Both the position numbers and the translations under genes were made by a program. The notes beneath the pieces are model-generated. The model saw nothing but the letters and a program-made list of their open reading frames with translations, did no database searches and was not told where the DNA came from. From contig CALELF010000144.1 in assembly GCA_937902895.1 (NCBI GenBank), positions 1-62,698 on the forward strand: a DNA stretch of 62,698 nt, written 5' to 3'. Positions 58,233 to 62,698 of the stretch are shown piece after piece. Numbering within the stretch: position 1 is the first letter of the stretch; each line of letters begins with the position of its first letter. This stretch comes from an uncultured Synergistaceae bacterium (lineage in GTDB: Bacteria; Synergistota; Synergistia; Synergistales; Synergistaceae).

Positions 58233-58249
58233 TTTTTCTCTTCTCCTTG

Positions 58250-61030
58250 TTATTTCTCTTGCTTATGTAAGAGAGAGACAGCTAATGTTATAAGCACCGG
58301 TTGTGCAAGAAGCATTGGCAAGAAATAAGATTTAACATCCCAAAATGATAAGGCCTTACTAAAGAGCCCTCGAGAAATGAGAATCATATAGGTAGTGGGA
58401 TAAACCATTCCTATAAATTTTGCAGTTCCCTTCAAGGAGCTAACTGGGTTGACAAGACCACAATACTTGATAGAAATCGTTTGAGTTATGATTGTAGTCA
58501 ATAGTATAACTGCTATTTGACTCTTTGTAAGGGCGGATACCACCAACCCAATGCCTGTTGTCGCAAAGCAATAGATAATGAGTGCTATAAGTAACGTAAC
58601 AAGGCTTCCCTTCAAGGGCACCTTAAATAAATATACAATAGTAAGGCAAAGCACAATAGAGCTCAAGAAAGAAAGCACAACATAAGGAATTTGTTTGCCA
58701 ATGACAAATTCAAGACGGCTCAAAGGTGTAACGTATAAATTAACAATTGAGCCCATTTCCTTTTCACGCACGATAGAAAGAGCGGAAAGAATTGCCGGTA
58801 TCATGAGAAGCAAGAGAGGCAACATAGCTGGACCAAAGGCATCAAGGCTTCGGACAGACTGGTTATATCTATATCTAATGCTTACGTCAGCTTGATCGTC
58901 TGTCTTAAACATTGCCTTACTGTCATATAGATGCTCAACCCATAGTTGATTCATCATGCCGATATATCCTTCTATTGTTGAAGCACGAGATGGCATGGCT
59001 CCGTCAAGCCAAACAGCAATTTCTGGTGGGTCTGCAATGCCAGATGCTGTTCGTTCAACCTTTGATCCAAATTCTGCAGGAATTTCAACAACAACCGCAG
59101 TATCACCAGATTTTAATCGTTCTTCCATTTCTTGATAGTCGTGTAACGGTGGTTGCATACGGAAATAACGTGAACCAGACAGATTTAAAGTGTAATCACG
59201 AGAAAGTAGCGAATTATCCCAGTCAAGCACGGAAACATTCAAATTATCTACATCAAATGACATTCCGTATGACGTGACAATCATAAGAATGAGAGAACCA
59301 AAAACCGCAAGTGTAAGGCGTATAGGGTCGCGCGAAATTTCTAAGCTCTCCTTCGTTATGCAAGCAAGCAATCTGCGAAGGTTAAAGCACTTGAAGAAGG
59401 TAAATCTTTCAAGCCATGATATTTTCTTTTTCTCTTCTTTTTCAGTCTCGTATGAAAATTCGTCTTCTTTTGCTGAATCTGGGTCAGCGTCTTGAATGCA
59501 CTTGATAAAGGCTTCTTCCAAGGTGTCTGTTCCCATTTTTTTGACAATTTCATCTGGAGCATCACAGATAAGTGATTTACCTGCATGCATAAGAGAAATT
59601 CTGTCACAACGTGCAGCTTCATTCATAAAGTGTGTTGTGACAAATATTGTAGTTTTATCATTACGAGAAAGGTCTATTATCAGTTCCCAGAAAGAGTCCC
59701 TCATTATTGGATCAACACCACTGGTTGGCTCGTCAAGAATGAGGATTTTTGGACTATGAACAACAGCAGCAGCAAGTGACAGACGTTGTTTTATACCCAT
59801 TGGTAGTCCTTCTGTCATAGAATCTTCTATTTCTTTTAGGCTAAAGCGTTCCATTATAGTATTTACGCTTTTTTCTGCTTGCTCCGGATTTAAGCGGTAA
59901 AGCCTAGCACAAAGCATAAGATTTTCTTTGACAGTTAAGTCATTGTAGAGAGAGAAGTTTTGTGTCATATAGCCAAGCTCAAGGCGAGATGCCATATCGT
60001 TTGGATTTAAGATTTTGCCAAAGATTCTAGATTCGCCCTCAGTAACTGCAAGAAGTCCTGTCAACATTCTCATAGTCGTGGATTTTCCACAGCCATTAGA
60101 GCCGAGGAAGCCAAATATTTCGCCACGCGGAATTGTAAAGTTCACATGGTCAACAGCGGTAAAGTCGCCAAAGCGCTTGGTAAGATTCTTAGCTTCTATT
60201 GCAATTTCATTTGCTGTGGATTTATCCATTGGGGGGACAACAACTTCTTTGTGTCCCGTTCTTGCTTCTTCTGGCAAAAGTTGAATAAAGGCAGCATCAA
60301 GGTTGTCACAATTTGTGCGAGCCAAGATTTCGTTAAGTGTTCCGGTTGCCAAAATTTTTCCGTCATTCATTGCCACTATCCAGTCAAAGCGAGATGCTTC
60401 GTCCATGTATGCAGTGGCAACAATAACGGTCATATTTGGTAATTTGACTCGGATATTATCAATAAGATCCCAAAATTGTCTTCTTGCTAAGGGGTCAACA
60501 CCGGTTGTTGGTTCGTCCAAAACAAGAATATCTGGATCTCTGATGAGAGAACAACAAAGCCCGAGTTTTTGTTTCATACCACCGGAGAGTTTGCCAGCGG
60601 GTCTGTCCAAAAACTTGTAAAGACCGGTGCTTTTTGTTAAGTGTTCAATTTTTTTGGTTGTTTCTTCGTATGTATAGCCAAAGAGACCAGCAAAGAAACG
60701 CATATTTTCTTCAACGGTCAAGGTGAAGTATAGGTTCTTACCTAGCCCCTGTGGCATGTATGCAATATTAGGGCAGATTTTGTCACGGTGTGCTTTGTCT
60801 CTCATATCACCACCCATAACGGTTAGGTTTCCGCCTTCTTGGAGTGCATGAGCACCAGTAACGAGAGAAAGAAGAGTTGACTTTCCCACACCGTCCGGTC
60901 CTATTAAACAAATCATCTTTCCTGTGGGAAAATCAAGCGAGACATCATCTAATGCTTGAACCTTACCGTAGAAAAGAGAAATGTGCTCTATTTTTATTAG
61001 AGCATTATTCTTTTCGGCTTTTTCAGTCAT
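58250..61030 (-). CDS. Fused ABC transporter: two ATPase domains plus an ABC-2 permease domain (RbbA/YhiH-like)
   Basis: Walker A motifs are GPDGVGKST and GSNGCGKST. ABC signatures are LSGGMKQK and LPMGIKQR. Walker B motifs are ILVLDEPT and ILILDEPT. A C-terminal multi-TM domain follows. Confidence 0.85.
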   Translation of the reverse strand: MTEKAEKNNALIKIEHISLFYGKVQALDDVSLDFPTGKMICLIGPDGVGKSTLLSLVTGAHALQEGGNLTVMGGDMRDKAHRDKICPNIAYMPQGLGKNLYFTLTVEENMRFFAGLFGYTYEETTKKIEHLTKSTGLYKFLDRPAGKLSGGMKQKLGLCCSLIRDPDILVLDEPTTGVDPLARRQFWDLIDNIRVKLPNMTVIVATAYMDEASRFDWIVAMNDGKILATGTLNEILARTNCDNLDAAFIQLLPEEARTGHKEVVVPPMDKSTANEIAIEAKNLTKRFGDFTAVDHVNFTIPRGEIFGFLGSNGCGKSTTMRMLTGLLAVTEGESRIFGKILNPNDMASRLELGYMTQNFSLYNDLTVKENLMLCARLYRLNPEQAEKSVNTIMERFSLKEIEDSMTEGLPMGIKQRLSLAAAVVHSPKILILDEPTSGVDPIMRDSFWELIIDLSRNDKTTIFVTTHFMNEAARCDRISLMHAGKSLICDAPDEIVKKMGTDTLEEAFIKCIQDADPDSAKEDEFSYETEKEEKKKISWLERFTFFKCFNLRRLLACITKESLEISRDPIRLTLAVFGSLILMIVTSYGMSFDVDNLNVSVLDWDNSLLSRDYTLNLSGSRYFRMQPPLHDYQEMEERLKSGDTAVVVEIPAEFGSKVERTASGIADPPEIAVWLDGAMPSRASTIEGYIGMMNQLWVEHLYDSKAMFKTDDQADVSIRYRYNQSVRSLDAFGPAMLPLLLLMIPAILSALSIVREKEMGSIVNLYVTPLSRLEFVIGKQIPYVVLSFLSSIVLCLTIVYLFKVPLKGSLVTLLIALIIYCFATTGIGLVVSALTKSQIAVILLTTIITQTISIKYCGLVNPVSSLKGTAKFIGMVYPTTYMILISRGLFSKALSFWDVKSYFLPMLLAQPVLITLAVSLLHKQEK

Positions 61031-61043
61031 TGGTTAAAAGCCT

Positions 61044-62093
61044 TTATTTCTTTGCGTTTTCAGCTTTCAAGAATTCTGGCCAAGGCTGGTTTTCATCAAA
61101 CTTTACCCATGCTACACCTGGGACACCAGCCTTTAACTCTGGATTGGCAGCTACAACACTAGGATCAACCTTTGCCTTTATGCGGAACATTAACTTTGAT
61201 CTCTCGTCCTTTGTTTCAACTGTTTTTGGTGTGAATTGTGCGACAGTTGCAACAAAAGAAATCCTTGCAGGAATTGGGTGGTCACGGTCAGAATCCATTA
61301 CAATAAGGGCTTCTGCTCCGAGCTTAATACGTCCGGCTGCATATTCAGAGACATAGAATGTCATATAGACATCGTCCAAATCCCACATACTAAAAACTCT
61401 GCCACCTTCGGAAACGACTTCACCTTCCCTTGCGACTCTGTATTGAATTCTGCCGTTTCTTGGTGCATATAGAGTTTCTTCTTTCAATTTTGAAGCTAGA
61501 ACTGCTGCATGTGCTTTTGCAGCTTGTGCCTCTGCCTGTGACTGTGCTAAGGTTGCCATTGCAAGGCGAACGTTCTCTTTTGATGATGCAAAGGTGGAAC
61601 GTGCAGCTTTGTATCTTGCAGCGTCATCATCATAAGTTTGTTTTGAGATAGCACCAGATTTTACAAGTTCGCGAGATCTATTGTAGCGGCTCTCGCTTGC
61701 GGCAAAATCTGCCTGAGATGATAAGACATCACATTTTGCAACATTAATTGCCTGTAATTTAACCTGCACATCGTTGGCAGCACTTGCAGCTTTCATTACT
61801 GCTTCGTTATATTCAGCCTGCATTGTTTCTGTCTTCATCTTCGCAACTGCTTGACCTGCCGTGACGACATCGCCCTCATTGACATAGAGTTTCTCAATGC
61901 GCTCTGTAAATTTTGCATTGATGGAAACTTCCGTTGCCTCAAGACGACCGTTACCAGATGCATAAAGGGTTGTGTCGTAATGTGTTTCACTCACCTTGTG
62001 TGATTGGTAGTAGGCATAACCAGCGTAGATAACGAGAAACACAATTAAAATTTTGACGATTAAGCCTTTTTTCATAGTTTTTTCGCATATCAA
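61044..62093 (-). CDS. HlyD-family membrane fusion protein (periplasmic adaptor)
   Basis: It has an N-terminal TM (GLIVKILIVFLVIYAGYAYY), a lipoyl/barrel-sandwich segment (V.EGD.V.AGQ..A.M), a long coiled coil and a C-terminal beta-barrel. The start is either TTG 62093 (AAGGAGGA 13 nt upstream) or ATG 62075. Confidence 0.85.
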   Translation of the reverse strand: MICEKTMKKGLIVKILIVFLVIYAGYAYYQSHKVSETHYDTTLYASGNGRLEATEVSINAKFTERIEKLYVNEGDVVTAGQAVAKMKTETMQAEYNEAVMKAASAANDVQVKLQAINVAKCDVLSSQADFAASESRYNRSRELVKSGAISKQTYDDDAARYKAARSTFASSKENVRLAMATLAQSQAEAQAAKAHAAVLASKLKEETLYAPRNGRIQYRVAREGEVVSEGGRVFSMWDLDDVYMTFYVSEYAAGRIKLGAEALIVMDSDRDHPIPARISFVATVAQFTPKTVETKDERSKLMFRIKAKVDPSVVAANPELKAGVPGVAWVKFDENQPWPEFLKAENAKK

Positions 62094-62140
62094 TATAGAT
62101 ATGCTTCCTCCTTACAACAATATTTTTACATATGAGTTGT

Positions 62141-62168
62141 ATTCTATCTAAAAATGCAATTTTGTCAA
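62141..62168 (-). promoter_or_regulatory. Putative sigma-70 promoter of the efflux operon
   Basis: On the - strand: TTGACA (62168-62163), a 16-nt spacer, then TAGAAT (62146-62141). Confidence 0.4.
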
Positions 62169-62298
62169 TATATATAATGGCGACTTACAGGGCAACCGTA
62201 TGAAAAATTTTGGTTCTTCACGGAAATGTATAAGTTTGTCAATACAATCAGCTACGAAGATCAATTCACGAAATCAATCTTCAAAAAAAGAATAGCAT

Positions 62299-62336
62299 GA
62301 AACGAGAGGGCAGACCATAGACTGCCCTCTCGTTTC
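62299..62336 (-). terminator. Hairpin downstream of the coiled-coil ORF
   Basis: A perfect 15-bp stem GAAACGAGAGGGCAG pairs with CTGCCCTCTCGTTTC around the 8-nt loop ACCATAGA. On the - strand a T7 run follows after a 10-nt gap. Confidence 0.6.
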
Positions 62337-62364
62337 TTAGTTTCGTTGTTTCATTAAATTTGCG

Positions 62365-62682
62365 TTATTTCTTCAGTTCATCATATTTCTTCATCAATTC
62401 AAGAATAAGTCTTTTATTTTTTGCATTTTCCTTTTTTTGTCTTTCATTGTCTTTTCTAATCTCTTCGTTTGCCTTTTCAATAGCAACATATTTTTGTTTA
62501 ATTTCGTTGTTCTCTTGCCTTATTACATTGTTCTCCTGTTCCAGTTTCGCCACTTGTTGTTGAAAGGCTTGTAGCTGTTGGGTAAGCATTTCCTGCATCT
62601 GCTCTTTTTCCAAGGTTGCGTTTTTGGTTTTCCTTGAGTTACTCTTGCCGAGCGAGAAGGCAAAACCGGCTCTGCCCATCAC
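62365..62682 (-). CDS. Hypothetical coiled-coil protein (may extend beyond the window edge)
   Basis: The sequence is heptad-rich in Gln/Glu/Lys/Asn (LTQQLQAFQQQVAKLEQENNVIRQENNEIKQKYVAIEKANEEIRKDNERQKKENAKNKRLILELMKKYDELKK). I recognise no family. The start is 16 nt from the window end, so the true N-terminus is uncertain. Confidence 0.4.
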   Translation of the reverse strand: MMGRAGFAFSLGKSNSRKTKNATLEKEQMQEMLTQQLQAFQQQVAKLEQENNVIRQENNEIKQKYVAIEKANEEIRKDNERQKKENAKNKRLILELMKKYDELKK

Positions 62683-62698
62683 ATCTGCTCCCTGTGTC

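Noticed and set aside
55770-62093. The idea that the HlyD/ABC/TolC cluster is a type I secretion system for the giant protein, as for LapA/SiiE-type giant adhesins.
   Set aside because: The giant protein has an N-terminal Sec signal and a TPS domain, not a C-terminal T1SS signal or RTX repeats. The ABC protein is the RbbA/ABC-2 drug-efflux type. Seven unrelated housekeeping genes and several terminators separate the two loci.

Overview
This is a 62,698-bp chromosomal window, moderately AT-rich (about 40% GC by eye), from a diderm bacterium. A TolC-family outer-membrane gene is present, and the rpsU-yqeY and fabD-fabG-mreB neighbourhoods look Firmicutes-like, so a Negativicutes- or Fusobacteriota-like anaerobe is a guess, not a call.

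(1) The dominant feature is one uninterrupted 29,685-nt ORF (19489-49173, + strand), 47% of the window, encoding a 9,894-aa secreted protein. It has a Sec signal peptide and a divergent two-partner-secretion (TPS, haemagglutination-activity) domain resembling FhaB and, as far as I recall it, Fusobacterium leukotoxin LktA. It also has a very large Gly/Ala/Val-rich beta-helix repeat core, a Pro-rich segment fused to Tyr/Lys/Glu/Ala helical repeats that resemble streptococcal antigen I/II, two poly-Asn tracts and a unique C-terminal region of about 390 aa. No TpsB transporter gene is adjacent. The gene is preceded by a 1.2-kb gene-free AT-rich leader carrying a C12 homopolymer and several palindromes.

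(2) Between the convergent radical-SAM gene and alaS, a composite palindromic repeat of about 150 bp has been hit by two hairpin-seeking mobile elements. One is an IS110-family insertion sequence whose 5' leader folds into a loop resembling a bridge-RNA target-binding loop. The other is a group IIC intron with its RT/maturase. An intact, empty-site copy of the same repeat lies at 50384-50540, which fixes the intron junctions to the nucleotide.

(3) The rest is housekeeping:
- a membrane-anchored amidase, a YbaK-type deacylase and a flavin reductase-rubredoxin fusion
- a RACo-like corrinoid activator with a MetH-activation-domain-like partner
- pdxK, a YkgJ-type protein, mreB, fabG, fabD and a small ORF coupled to a B12-binding radical SAM enzyme
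- alaS, a class IV aminotransferase, pnp, two tandem purine nucleoside phosphorylase paralogues, yqeY and rpsU
- a four-gene HlyD / fused ABC / ABC-2 permease / TolC efflux operon

I recognised no rRNA, tRNA or CRISPR array. All functional calls come from motif recognition by eye; no database search or fold prediction was run.
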